Shown here piece after piece: positions 1 through 12,320 of a stretch of DNA of 64,000 nucleotides. Position numbers and translations under genes: made by a program. Below the pieces are notes generated by a model. That model had not been told where the DNA came from, searched no databases, and saw nothing but the letters and a program-made list of their open reading frames with translations. The DNA comes from Chrysomallon squamiferum (lineage: Eukaryota; Animalia; Mollusca), in contig CM022671.1 of assembly GCA_012295275.1 (NCBI GenBank), positions 16,368,001-16,432,000 of the forward strand, written 5' to 3'. How positions within the stretch are numbered: position 1 is the first letter of the stretch; every line of letters starts with the position of its first letter.

Positions 1-126
1 CAGATAAATTAGACAATATAAATAAGTATCATATAACCAACAGTCCAGTGCTTATTTTAGTTTCAGTTACAGACTGTAACTTACTTATTCATGCATATAT
101 TACAATATAATACCTTAATTTATGCA

Positions 127-128
<2 letters not shown>

Positions 129-208
<80 letters not shown>
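129..208. repeat. (CT)n microsatellite
   Basis: Direct CT dinucleotide run with one phase interruption; source of the SLSLSL ORF. Confidence 0.95.
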
Positions 209-210
<2 letters not shown>

Positions 211-627
211 GCACACATACACCAAACAAAACGAAAACCAACTAAAAAAAAACATACTATTTTCTTTAGAATCTAAGCTTCCTGTCATTTAAAAATAAAA
301 CCTAATACAAATAACCACACAGTTTATATTGCATTTTAAAAACCCAATAGGTTACGGTGGCTTGTTCTTCCAGAGAACTATTAAGCTGGGGATAAATCAT
401 GAGACAAAAAAAAAAAACCAACAACAATACAGAGATTTCTGAAGGAAAAGAAAAAAAAAGATTTTACTCCATAATAGATATGACAAAAATGTTCATTTCT
501 TCCATAGCTGATAGGGCTGTAATGGTTTAATCTGACTCAGTTCAAGCTAGAATTAGTTTTAAATATGAAGACTGTGTATTTTTATTATTCCTCAGTTCCT
601 TATACTGAAAATAATCAAACTATATTC

Positions 628-990
628 AACAGAATGGTGTTATGTACTATTACATAGTGATTACATTCAAAACATATTTTCTTGAAAATGTGTTAGTCCA
701 CTGAGAGTGAGATCAAAATAAAAGCAAGGGCAATTTTATGCAATTTTAAAGCTAACCAAACTGTAACAAACAGGATGGTGTAATGTTATACAGTGATTAC
801 AGTTTAAAATGTTTTTATATTTTATTAGTGCTCTGAGAGCGAGATTAAAGCAAACTCAATTTTATGCAGTTTTAAAGTCAGTCACGACACGGAAATATAC
901 ACACTATAAATAACATTACCAGAGAAGTTACATAATGATTACATTTTAAAAATAATTTACTTAACAGTTTATTAGTGCGTTGAGATTCTT
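628..990. repeat. Diverged tandem repeat, ~140-150 bp unit, ~2.5 copies
   Basis: Blocks such as ATGGTGT..GTGATTACA..TTAGT..CTGAGAG.GAGAT..AAAGCAA..CAATTTTATGCA.TTTTAAAG recur near 630-750 and 770-880, and partially at 925-990. Confidence 0.75.
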
Positions 991-1476
991 TCTCAGATTA
1001 CAGTCAACCCAAGGACAAATGTAATTAAGATCTTTGATTTCATCCAGCCTGGAGGCAGTTCTAGTGTATGGTGTTATCTGTGCAGAGAAGATAACACTCA
1101 GGGTATGACACAAAAAGAGAGTAGACTTCTGGATGTTGAACATTGCGTGTTGAAGACAAATATATATGAAGTATGTGGAACGCAGAAAGAGAGTGGACCA
1201 GTGGATGTTGAACTGTGTAGTTAAGAAAATATCTGGAGGACCAATTGCCTGTGGATGAACAGTATAATTAGTTCACTTGATTAGTTCCAGTCGGATACCT
1301 GTCTGACAGTGCTGTCAATACTCCTGCCAGCAGATTTAATGATCAGCATGGAGGAACTTTATAAAATATATCAATAACATGTTGTTAGTCCTTTATACAT
1401 TTACCAGCTGGGCTAATTCTGGTTGATTTTTTTAGTTTTTTATTTCATCTTTATTTTTTTTGTATTTTTTTTTATA

Positions 1477-1477
<1 letters not shown>

Positions 1478-1532
<55 letters not shown>
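1478..1532. repeat. (TG)n microsatellite
   Basis: Direct run. Confidence 0.95.
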
Positions 1533-1534
<2 letters not shown>

Positions 1535-2729
1535 GAGCTCAGCTGTAAAACAGATTAAATCCAGTGGTTAACCATTGCTTCATGATGACAAACCTAATTA
1601 GTTGTAAAATCACTGAAAAATGTGTGTGTGTGTGTGTTTAATTGTTTTTTGGTTGTTGTTTCTTTGATTTTCATAATTTAGTTTAATTTAATTTATTTAT
1701 TTTATTTATTTATTTATTTTTATTTATTCTTTTAATTGTTTAAGATGAAACAGAAAAGAAATGTTCAGTAATTAAATGACTCACAATTAATTCATATATA
1801 TACAATGAAAACCTTTTAAACTTTCTTTTTTCTTCTCTAACAAATGAATAACTATTCTTTTAATGACCCTTTAATTTTTTTTCTAAACCACTGGTTGCAG
1901 GATTTTGAAAATATTTTAATTATTATAATGACAGTTATGAAGCACTTATGAAAGATGATGCAGCCTATGCAAGTTCATTTGAAAGCAATTAATTAAATCA
2001 GAGAAATAAATCATGGTGCTGTGACAAGCAGTTGGGTCAATCTGTCTTTTGAAAACAAACATTAGAGACTTCACGTAATGCAACAACAACCTAACTGTGA
2101 CAGAAGATACAAAATAAATATTACAAAAATTGATTGATATAACAGTGGGAAACTGGGACTAAAATAAAGTGAGTCATAATACTTCATATTTTTTTTTTTT
2201 TTTATATTTTTTTTATCTTTTTTTTTTTTTTTTACCCCTATCAAAGATAATGTTTTAAAAACTTCAACCTCAAGCCTATATTTATAACACTGGTAATGAA
2301 TTGAGTTGAACAACTGGACAGTTTGAGAAATTATGTCTCAAGACCTCTTAGCCCGGCTAATGGCCTCCGATCAACCTGTTTGAAATGACTTTTGTAATAA
2401 AAGGATATTATTCTGAATTTCATCTGACCATCTGACCTGGAGGAATAAATCCATCTGCCAGACTGGTAAAGGTCAACCATTACTGGACTTGTCAAATAAG
2501 AGTGAGTCAAAGACATGTCAGTGTTGTCACATGGAGGACGCTGCACTCTCTAACAAGATTGCTCTGATAACTGCAGTCATTTCCCAGATAACCAACTGAT
2601 CTGATTATACCCTTCCTTCCACCAGTAACGTGTTATATACACAGCAACTGTAACAAGTCAATGTTAACTCCTTCATAAATACATCTAAGGTCAAAATTTT
2701 TTAAAATAAATAAATAAATAATATATCAC

Positions 2730-2733
<4 letters not shown>

Positions 2734-2788
<55 letters not shown>
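2734..2788. repeat. (AC)n microsatellite
   Basis: Direct run. Confidence 0.95.
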
Positions 2789-2789
<1 letters not shown>

Positions 2790-3733
2790 CATAGACACAT
2801 ACACAAAAAATTAATAAAGTAACATTGTTTCTGTTTGTAATTAAATCTATTACAATGCACATTTCTTTAATAAATGGGTTAAAGATTGATACTTTTGTGT
2901 ATAAGAAATATATATACTTTTTTTATTTACTTACAAATGATGGGCAAACAAAATAAAAACAATTGTTTTCCATTTGCAATAAAATTTAGATGTTCTGATT
3001 GATACAAAATTTTACTTTTTCCCAGCTTGTAATTCAAAATTAAGTACAGTAATTACAACTTGTTTTTTCAATAGATACATTTAGAAATTAATTGGGGGGG
3101 GTGTTTGTTTTTGTAGTAATTTATTTATTTTTTTATTTTTTTTGAGAGTTAGTGTTATTGTTGTTGTCTACATATTTGATTAAATTCAATGTGCATATGC
3201 ATGCACCAGGTCTAAATTTCACCATTGCACTTAGATTGCAACTGCAGTATAGTGTAAATTAAGAGAATATTAATCATGAACTGAATTCAGTGAACATGTG
3301 ATCAAAGACAGCTGGTGGCTTTGTAGTTTGCTATCCTGTTTACTTTATATCAAACTGAATAGTGAACACAGCATCATAAATACTGCCATTAATTAAAGTC
3401 ACATACAAGAGATTTTCACTATCTTCCATGTTATCACACTGACATCCCTAGTATAATATGTTAAGTAGTTTCCACTATGGTACAGTGGTACTGCTTCATA
3501 TGAATGTTATTATTTTGAAAACCTCGTTAAACAACATGACTGTTCCTTTTTTCAACTATTTTGATTGAAAATTCAAAGATAAGGAAAAAGTTAAGTTTAA
3601 ATTGTATTTTTATTTATTTTTTTGTCATTCAGTATCAACAACTACAATATTAACAATAATGATAACAACAACATCATCATCATCAGCAACAACAATGAAT
3701 AAGTAACAGTAACAGCAAAAATAATAATAATAA

Positions 3734-3764
<31 letters not shown>

Positions 3765-6466
3765 AAAAAACCAATCTATTGAATACTTTCAATTCTTTTA
3801 ATTTTTTTTTTAAATGCTAAAACATTTCATTTCAATTTAACATGCAATTTATCACTGACAAAAAAATTAACTTCTGAGTTTAAACACTTTTTCACATCTG
3901 GTCACATCAAGAACTTTCGAACCAGTTACGAAACACATTAAAGTGTACACACCGAACAGAAAAAAGATGTTTCAAATAAAGCAAACTATTTATGCTAAAC
4001 AGATTTTTAAACTGGCCCAAACATTCTGACTGGATGTCATTTCTGTTATCCTCGGAGAGTGTACGAAGATTTCTGACACGTGGAACTGATAAGTTGGTAA
4101 TTACTAACATCGCTCATTAGGTGTGTTCTCTGCCCGTGTGCAGGTTGTCTTAATTCCAATCAGGTGGACAGTTTGGATAGAGTTACCCAAATTAAAGCAG
4201 TCTAATTTCACTGGGTTAGGTAAAAACATGGCAATTACACACTGTCTGGGGTGTAATCACTTCAGAATGTCTTCACAGAAACAGCGAGCTGCTGCTCGTA
4301 GTTATTGTTATTACTGTTGTTGTTACTGTTAGTTATTATTGTAATTATAATAGGTATTAGTTGTATTATTAGTATTGTTATTATTATATTAGTGTTATTG
4401 TTATTATTATTATTAGAATTGTTGTTGTTTTGTTGTTATTAGTACTTATTCAGTTTGTTTTTTTGTCTTAGTTTCATGGATGCATTTTTTAATATCTAAA
4501 CATGATATTTTTAGATATTTTTAAATATTTGCAAATATAATGACCAACAAACTCAAATAGTGCATGATTCCAGATTTATTATGCATTAAACAATCTAACT
4601 TAATCAAAATAGTCAGCATTTCTAAGAATATTTGTCAGTATTTCTATCTGCACATGATCACACACATATATATACACACACACTTCAAAAGACACACTGA
4701 CAGACACACATTCACAAATGCACACAGATATACTCTTAAAGACAGGCAGAAACACATTCAGACACACACACACATCAACAAACAAATTCACTGGCCACAC
4801 ACAGATATTTGTTTCACACAAACAAAAGCTACAAACAGTGAAACAATTTATTTCTATTAACCAGAATCAGACTCAGACACATTAGGACAGAAGAAAAGAG
4901 AAAAAGTTAAAAAAAAAGAAAACAACCCCAAAAACCCTTTTATTTTTTTTTTTTTTTTCCACCAAAATTTTAACTGCTCAACTCCAAAGACTACCAATTT
5001 GTAATCAGGCTACTTTGTGGATTACTTTCAGCATCAAAGCTTCGAAACAAATCCCTAGACATGTAAATAAGCTTCATTACCAGCATCCCAGTACCTGATA
5101 GAGACGCAGTGCGAGATTGGGAACATTTCACACCCTCACAGATCTCATAAATTAGACGAAGATAAAAAAACAAAATAATAAAACCTGGTCTTTCAACAAG
5201 TGTGAGAGAGAGAGAGAGAGAGAGAGAATCTGAGTGGGCAACAGCTGCAAGAAAGCTGAGAAAAATTTGCAGGTATTTACAGCGATTATCATTATAATTT
5301 ACTACATCTGTTTTGGAAGAAATTAATTCCATTGGACGAAAACGAATTTATCAGACACGGAAAATGTTCTGCGAGTCTAAGACAAGCCAGTTTGGAAATT
5401 TGATAAATGTGATCAGAAATTAAACAGAATTAAACAGAAATACTTGTGACTTTCGGAATGAAATCAGACAGTGTGTAATTAAAACCATATGTCAGAGTAA
5501 GTAATAGAAGAGTTTCAGTAGGAAATGTAATGCGGGTCTGTTACAGAATGTAGTCACATTTCAAATCTTACTGCAGCAGTGCCAGATTGTTAATCAGTTT
5601 GATCCAAATATATTTATATTAGCGTTTTACATTTTAACAAACTTATAATAGAATCTCAAATCAAGCTAAGACAATATAATTATATATACAAATACACACA
5701 TATTACGTTTTTTTTTAAATTATTTTTTAATGTTTTAGTGTAATGAACAAAGTGATATAAAACTGTTAAGTTTTAAGAACCTAATTTTATTTATAATGTG
5801 CATGAACTTGCTAAAACATATGCCAAAATACCTGAAGCATATAATGACAAAATCAATCTGCTCTCATTGAAAAGTTAATGACAGCACATGAAATCTGTTA
5901 TGATTGCTATTCATGTGATAAATAACAAATATGGCAATTAACCTTATGCTAAAAAAAATATCTGAACAAGTTTTTTGTTCATATCAAAGTCTCAGAAATG
6001 CATTATAATTACACCAAATTGGCTGTATTCACTGATTTGTTGGGTGGACAATGAAAACTGGGAATAACTACCTGAAAAAAACCCCAGTGAAAATCAGAGA
6101 TAATGTACTTCCATAGCATGTCCTGTTCTGATTTCCCATTGGTAACATTCATCAACTGAACTGAGGGCGTAATATATCTTTTATATGTTATGTCAAGTTT
6201 TTAAATATTGATTCATCAGTGCCTTTTACGTCTACAACAAAAACACTCTTTTAATGTTTAACTAAGATTCCAGTTTGTGACATTTTAAGCATGTCAAAGA
6301 AGCCTGAATGGATATATATTTATTCCTGGATTATAAAAAAAAAAAAAAAAAAACAAACAAATGAGTTAAAAGATATCCCAAAATGTCTTAAGAAATACCT
6401 AGCTTTTTTATAGCTATATTAAAATATTCTCTTCAAATTACTACTCCATTATCCAAGATAATTAAA

Positions 6467-6485
6467 AATTTGGCATAAAATATTC

Positions 6486-6522
<37 letters not shown>

Positions 6523-6540
6523 AATATTTTATGCCTAATT
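6467..6540. repeat. AT-rich near-perfect palindrome centred on (AT)n
   Basis: AATTTGGCATAAAATATTC (6467-6485) matches the reverse complement of 6522-6540 at 18/19 positions; the (AT)n centre is itself self-complementary. Confidence 0.9.
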
Positions 6541-6836
6541 TATATATTTATATATGGTGTATATATAGCTGATATCATTCAAGTGTGTTCCAACATAATT
6601 AAATACAATAATGTTAACATATTAAATAATTTATATGCATAGCATATTTTACAGTTTTCCTTACAAATAAACTATGTAAGCTATTAAAGGTTTATAGATA
6701 AGGTGTTTCAGATAAGGATTTTTCTTACCCCAAAAATATAGTCTACTTATAACCCATGAATAAGAACTGTTGATAATGTATACTGTTGAAGGTCTGTGTT
6801 ATTAACAAAGAATAATCGAGATGATGTATTACCAAC

Positions 6837-6890
6837 CTGTGAATCACCATGAATACATCAACTTCTCTTCATTTCATCCACTTCAAATAC
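6837..6890 (-). other. Candidate internal exon (54 nt), 5'UTR or start-codon exon
   Basis: Minus strand: ctgttttctgttttcggttttttgcag|GTATTTGAAG...GATTCACAG|gttggt. Strong acceptor, weaker donor. All three entry frames contain stops; a late ATG (ATG GTG ATT CAC AG) is open to the donor. Confidence 0.5.
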
Positions 6891-9800
6891 CTGCAAAAAA
6901 CCGAAAACAGAAAACAGTTGTAAATATTTTTGTTTGAAAACTTAAGAATGCTTCTTAGTATTCTTCTTCTATTCAGACATCTTCCTGACTTCTCATACTT
7001 GGCACTTATCTGCTAAATTTCCAGTCAGTCTGTCTTAAGACCAAATCCATTTGTTTTGTCATGCTTTCGTCACTTCAACCCAAACTTAATGACTCAGTGT
7101 GTATTTGTTTTAAAGATGAAAGTAAACAGACGGCAAACAGTAACAGTTAGTGTTAGGTACAGCTAAGACATGATAATAGTAAGACAATTTGAAATAAGTT
7201 ATACTGGAATGATGTCAAAACAATAGATGTTTTTGTTATATAAAAAAAAAATTAGCCTTTAATTACGAATTCTTAAGCAGATAGCATGGATATTATATAC
7301 TGTTTCATAGCTTGGAACCTACTGTTAAAAAAAAAAAAAAGAAAGGACTAACTTTGAAAATGTTTTTAAAGTAAACATTTTTAATGCATTGAACAAAAAT
7401 ATTTATATATTCTTTAAGGAATCAGTGAACATTTCTACTGAACGGCATTTAATGGCATTCATTGCTTTTTAAATTGTGTGTGTGTGTGTGTGTGTGTGTG
7501 ACATCATCAACTGCATCTTCATTAAATACAGTAACTTTAACTAACTTCCCATCAAGAACATTTTTGAAAAAATAAACCTGGTTGAGCTAGTACTACTTTA
7601 AGTGTATTAATGCTGTCAACTGATCTTTTAACCAAGGCAGTATCAGCTGAACCAGTTCAGTATCAGTTTTATGACTTCATCTTATAACCTATTTGTTTTA
7701 TTGAACAGCAAAAAACAAGTGTGTTATACTTCATCTACAAACAGTCTTTTTTTTGGGGGGGTGAGGTTAATGTCCACGTATCTGTATGTAATAGTATAAT
7801 GAAATGCAATTGTAACGTAACAGTACAAAGCAGTGTAACAGCAAAATGAGTCATGCACAATTACAAGGGAACCGTGACAGAGAGTGATCAGTTCATCAAA
7901 CGAAACGATGCTAAGAAGGAGAAATCAGCCGGGGAAGTAATAACTCAACATGATCTTTTATTCCCATCATACTCAGATGCAAGTGTATAAAAGATAATTA
8001 CACACTTTGATCAATGAATCTGAAATGGATTATCAGAGTATTCCTTTGTTGCTCACTCCGACAACTGGCAAATTTCGTACGGATGAAGGAATTCAGTCGT
8101 TTTTTTTAGTGTGCACAATAACACTGACACGCTCTGTGTTTAACGAGTAACTGCTTCTATGTAAAACTGTGAATCAACATTAGCAAGGCACTCCACCAGT
8201 ACTGAATTCCCAATAAAACATTTATTAAGCATACTGATTCTGAAAAAGACACACACACACAAAAAAAAAAAAAAAAAATAATGTCTGTGCCTCTTTCTGG
8301 TCTGGGGAAACTGTAGCAGTGAAAAAAGATTGTGACAAAAAGAAATGGTAAAGTTAATTGCAACAATAACCAGTTTAACTGGTGCATGGGGTAATCACTC
8401 ACTGGTTTAATGAAGATTACCAGTAAGACGAATAGAGAATGACTAGGAATTAAACATCAAGTCTAATGCTCTCTTACACAGAGTTAGATTCAACATTAAA
8501 GATACATTTCTATTTTAATAAAAAGGAAATAAAGGTTAAATAATTTCCCCAATATGTAACAACATTTTTTTTTTTTATATAATCTTTAAAATCTGTATAA
8601 AATTCATTTCAAGGAAGAAATGACTGCATAAATGAAATGAAATTAAAGTGACTTAACTAGTTAACAGATAATTTATACTTGATTGTTTTGTGGCCAAGTG
8701 TCTGCTAATAATATATTCACTTATTCTTATGGACACAGAGATATTTCATTTTAAAAAGAGAGAAAATGATGGATGAACAAAAATCTCTGATAGACTTCAT
8801 CAACTTTCCCATCATTTACAAGTTATTATTCCATTCACATTTCTCACTGAAATGAAGTAAAATGAACATGTGACCCTCACAGTATCTTCATCTACTTAAT
8901 TTGTTTAACTGCTAAACTTTAATATCAGTACAGATTGGTGATCAAATAAAAAGAAACAGTTTGTAAGAATACAAAATCTATTCTGGCCATTCTTTTTGTT
9001 ATTCCATGCTTTAAAAATAAAGAAGAAGATATCTGAATGCACTTGTACATAGATACAAAATACTCATCAACAAACAAGAAATGTTTAATTAAACTGAGAT
9101 GTATACTGAAACTAAAACGTGGTCCACTGTTGTATCAAGGGTTGATAAGAAAGTGGGGACATTCGGCAGAGCTGTAATTTACACAACCAACAACGATACG
9201 GAATGTAACGACAACTGGATAAAACCCACTCACAGGAACGGCATTGTTTTTCCCAATTTACACGAATTAGCTGTTGATGCTGATTCACAGCCAACAACAA
9301 GCTCGCAGTTTGTTGACAAATTCTTGTGATCACATAAACCAACGTTCTCCCTAAATTCTGCAAGTGTCCTCTGTTTGCAGGTGGTCACAGTACACAGTTG
9401 TCAGCTATCGCAGACCGATGCAACATTTGAATGTTTCATTTCTAATAAAAGTGAAAGTGCTTTCTGATGCAGCAAGATATAAAGTATATTGTCGCTGGGT
9501 TCGTTTCCAATTTAGTTTTTAATTTGTTATTTAATTTTTTTCAGTGTTTTTCTTTTATTTATTTTTGATTTACTTATTAATTAATTTTTTTTATTTTTTG
9601 AAAACTAAATATAGGTCAAAATGAAAATCTTCTGTAGGTAAAACAAGTTTTTTTTAAAGTTTTTTATTTTTATTTTTTAATTTAAATAGAATATACACAG
9701 TAGAAGATAGCTTGTACCTACTACCACTTTCTTTGAAATCCACTTTCAGGGTGCTTAGATTTCATATAAATATCATGTCTTGTAAATTACTTTTAACACT

Positions 9801-10227
9801 TGTATTTCACTAAGAATAATTATTTTGGTTCCTAAGACACTGATAACATACCAAAGATGATTTATACAAGTATTAGGAAGTCATTTAAATTACAAAAAAA
9901 AGGGGGGGGGAGAAAAGAGAAAATAAAATAAAAATGAAATATTATAACTATATTTTTCTATATGTTTATTCAGTCGGTAAAGTTTTGATGATAATGATCA
10001 TAAAGTTTCAGTGGATTTATGCACAGCTCAAACTTAATCCTTAGAGTCTTCAATATGAAAAATTTTTTTTGATTTAAATTCATTCCATGTCAATTCTATC
10101 ACTTTGTCGATATTTTGCCTCTGAATCCCAAGATTCCATTGACATATCCAGTTAAAAAAACTTGGCCTTTTTTAAATTTTTTCATTCCACTAAGAGTTGG
10201 AAATGAATTTATGCGAATATACCATTT

Positions 10228-10395
10228 TTAATCTGAAACACAAGACCAATGTTGCCCGAAGCCTGATTACAGTCTCTGATACAAAACTCTATTTCAGACT
10301 GAAATAACCAAAACTTTTCTCTACATTATTACACCTATTGATCTCACACTGGACATATTTACTTCTTTATTTTTTTTCTCAGACAGTTCATAATT
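10228..10395 (+). repeat. Diverged local duplication, copy 1 (copy 2 at ~11684-11865)
   Basis: Shared colinear blocks TTAATCTGAAACA.AAG, CTGAAATAACCAAAA, CCTATTGATCT.ACACT, TTTACTTCTT, AGACAGTT. Confidence 0.8.
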
Positions 10396-10757
10396 CATAA
10401 GTTTTGCCGTATCTCTGCACTGAAATAAATATCACCCGCACTGCATTAAACGTGTTAGAAGACCTAATGGAGTTTGTCATGTCAGAACCGTTTTCTTCAA
10501 GCTAAATTAAACACTAATATTTGTTAAATAAATCCAGATAAAAAACATCAATAAGAGCGGCGAAAGAGCCGAAACTATCGAAGCACAAGAAAGATAACAA
10601 AATATTTGCCCAGAGTGATTACACAAACATGGAAACGTTGCATACATACGCTGATGAACCCAATCACACTTTAGAATATTTGCATCGTGGCTGTATCAAA
10701 ATATCACTTTCTAAATTTTGGCTCCGTCAAAACATGTGAGAAATGAGAAGCAGGCTC

Positions 10758-10805
<48 letters not shown>

Positions 10806-11270
10806 TTACTATTTCCAATTACAATAACAGCCTGAATTTCAAAATTACCCCAGTCAAGACTGAGTCTTATTTTACACTGTCAGTATAAGCACATATTTTT
10901 AGTCTGGTAAGTGAGCAAAGCACTGTAAAGATGTGGAAACGTATAAATAAAAAAAAGTAATCTCACTATTAAAAGATCATTTTCATTTCCTCTGCAGTTT
11001 ACTTAGTATTAAGGCAATGAGGCATTTCTTAGTAGATCAAAATGTTATTTTTAAAATGTAGAAGTTCATGAAAATTACATCTGTAATAAAAGGTTTCTTA
11101 AAAAAATGTAATATTTGAAATGATATGAGGAATGAAATAATATAAGAAAATATTGATTTAGTAAATAACTTGAAAAACATAAATTTGTTTTATTATTGAT
11201 ATTATTTACAGGAGGCTCCATATTAATAATATATGTTAGCAACCATACATCTTGTGTGTGTATGTGTGTG

Positions 11271-11273
<3 letters not shown>

Positions 11274-11334
<61 letters not shown>
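11274..11334. repeat. (GA)n microsatellite
   Basis: Direct run. Confidence 0.95.
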
Positions 11335-11335
<1 letters not shown>

Positions 11336-11683
11336 ATCTTTCTTAAGATGAAAACATTTTAAGTCAAAATCTGATAGAGAATCTGAATCATGTGTACAGT
11401 ATATCTGATAATTCCATTATAGCCAAATCTATGTTTGATTAGATTGCTTATATTTTTATGAAAGAGTAATCACAAAGTATCAATCAGAATTAATGGTTTG
11501 CTTTCTTGCTTTGTGTCGTCCTCTTTTTAATATATAAGCAAATTCATACAAAATCCAAATAAGAGAGATATACATTTTATATAGAAATATATGTAAATTA
11601 AAATCATATTATTAAAACAATGGTTTAATACATTCATAAATTATTCTATTAATAAACACAATTTCCTTACATTGATGCTAAAC

Positions 11684-11865
11684 TTAATCTGAAACATAAG
11701 CCCAGTACAACATGAAGGCTGATAATACAAAGTTCTGAGACTAACTGTTTCAATCTGAAATAACCAAAATATTTTTTCTACGAGATTATTCCTATTGATC
11801 TTACACTAAAGTCAAACCAGGCATTTTTACTTCTTCTTATATCTTTTTTTTAGACAGTTAATCAC
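11684..11865 (+). repeat. Diverged local duplication, copy 2 (copy 1 at ~10228-10395)
   Basis: Same colinear blocks as 10228-10395. Confidence 0.8.
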
Positions 11866-11911
11866 TCAATATAATTACATACATGTAGGTTAAATGATGT
11901 TCTACTCTTAC

Positions 11912-12320
11912 CTGGGTGCTTCAGACATTAGAAAGAATTAAAGAGGAACTGTTCAATAACACATTTTTTTCAACATGTGATGTCCCGTTAAAAAAGAAAT
12001 CGCACACAGTAAAAATGTCTATCCACACACACGTATTTACGTATTTACCTGAAACCTTTCCAGACAATGTCTGTGCGTTTACATGGGTGCTTGCTGGGAA
12101 AGAGGATCACAGAACGTTACAGTGGAGAGAATGCTAATAACAAACACATTCCAGTGCGGAGGTAGACAGACGGACGTGTTTGTCTACCCAGGCATGTTTT
12201 GAGGTGTTCCCAGTGGTCGCATGTCCAGTGAGGAGTCTGTCTAAACAAGCAGCCCGCGGAGGAAGTGTTGTCACATCCCCGAGCAAACTGCCACACCCCT
12301 CCTTGTGTCCCCCCCCCAGT
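11912..12320 (-). other. Candidate alternative first exon/promoter of the minus-strand transcript
   Basis: Consensus donor CCCAG|gtaaga at 11912/11911 and second donor TTCAG|gtaaat at 12049/12048, adjoining a locally GC/CpG-richer patch (~12150-12320) inside CpG-poor DNA. The 5' boundary is a guess. Confidence 0.35.
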
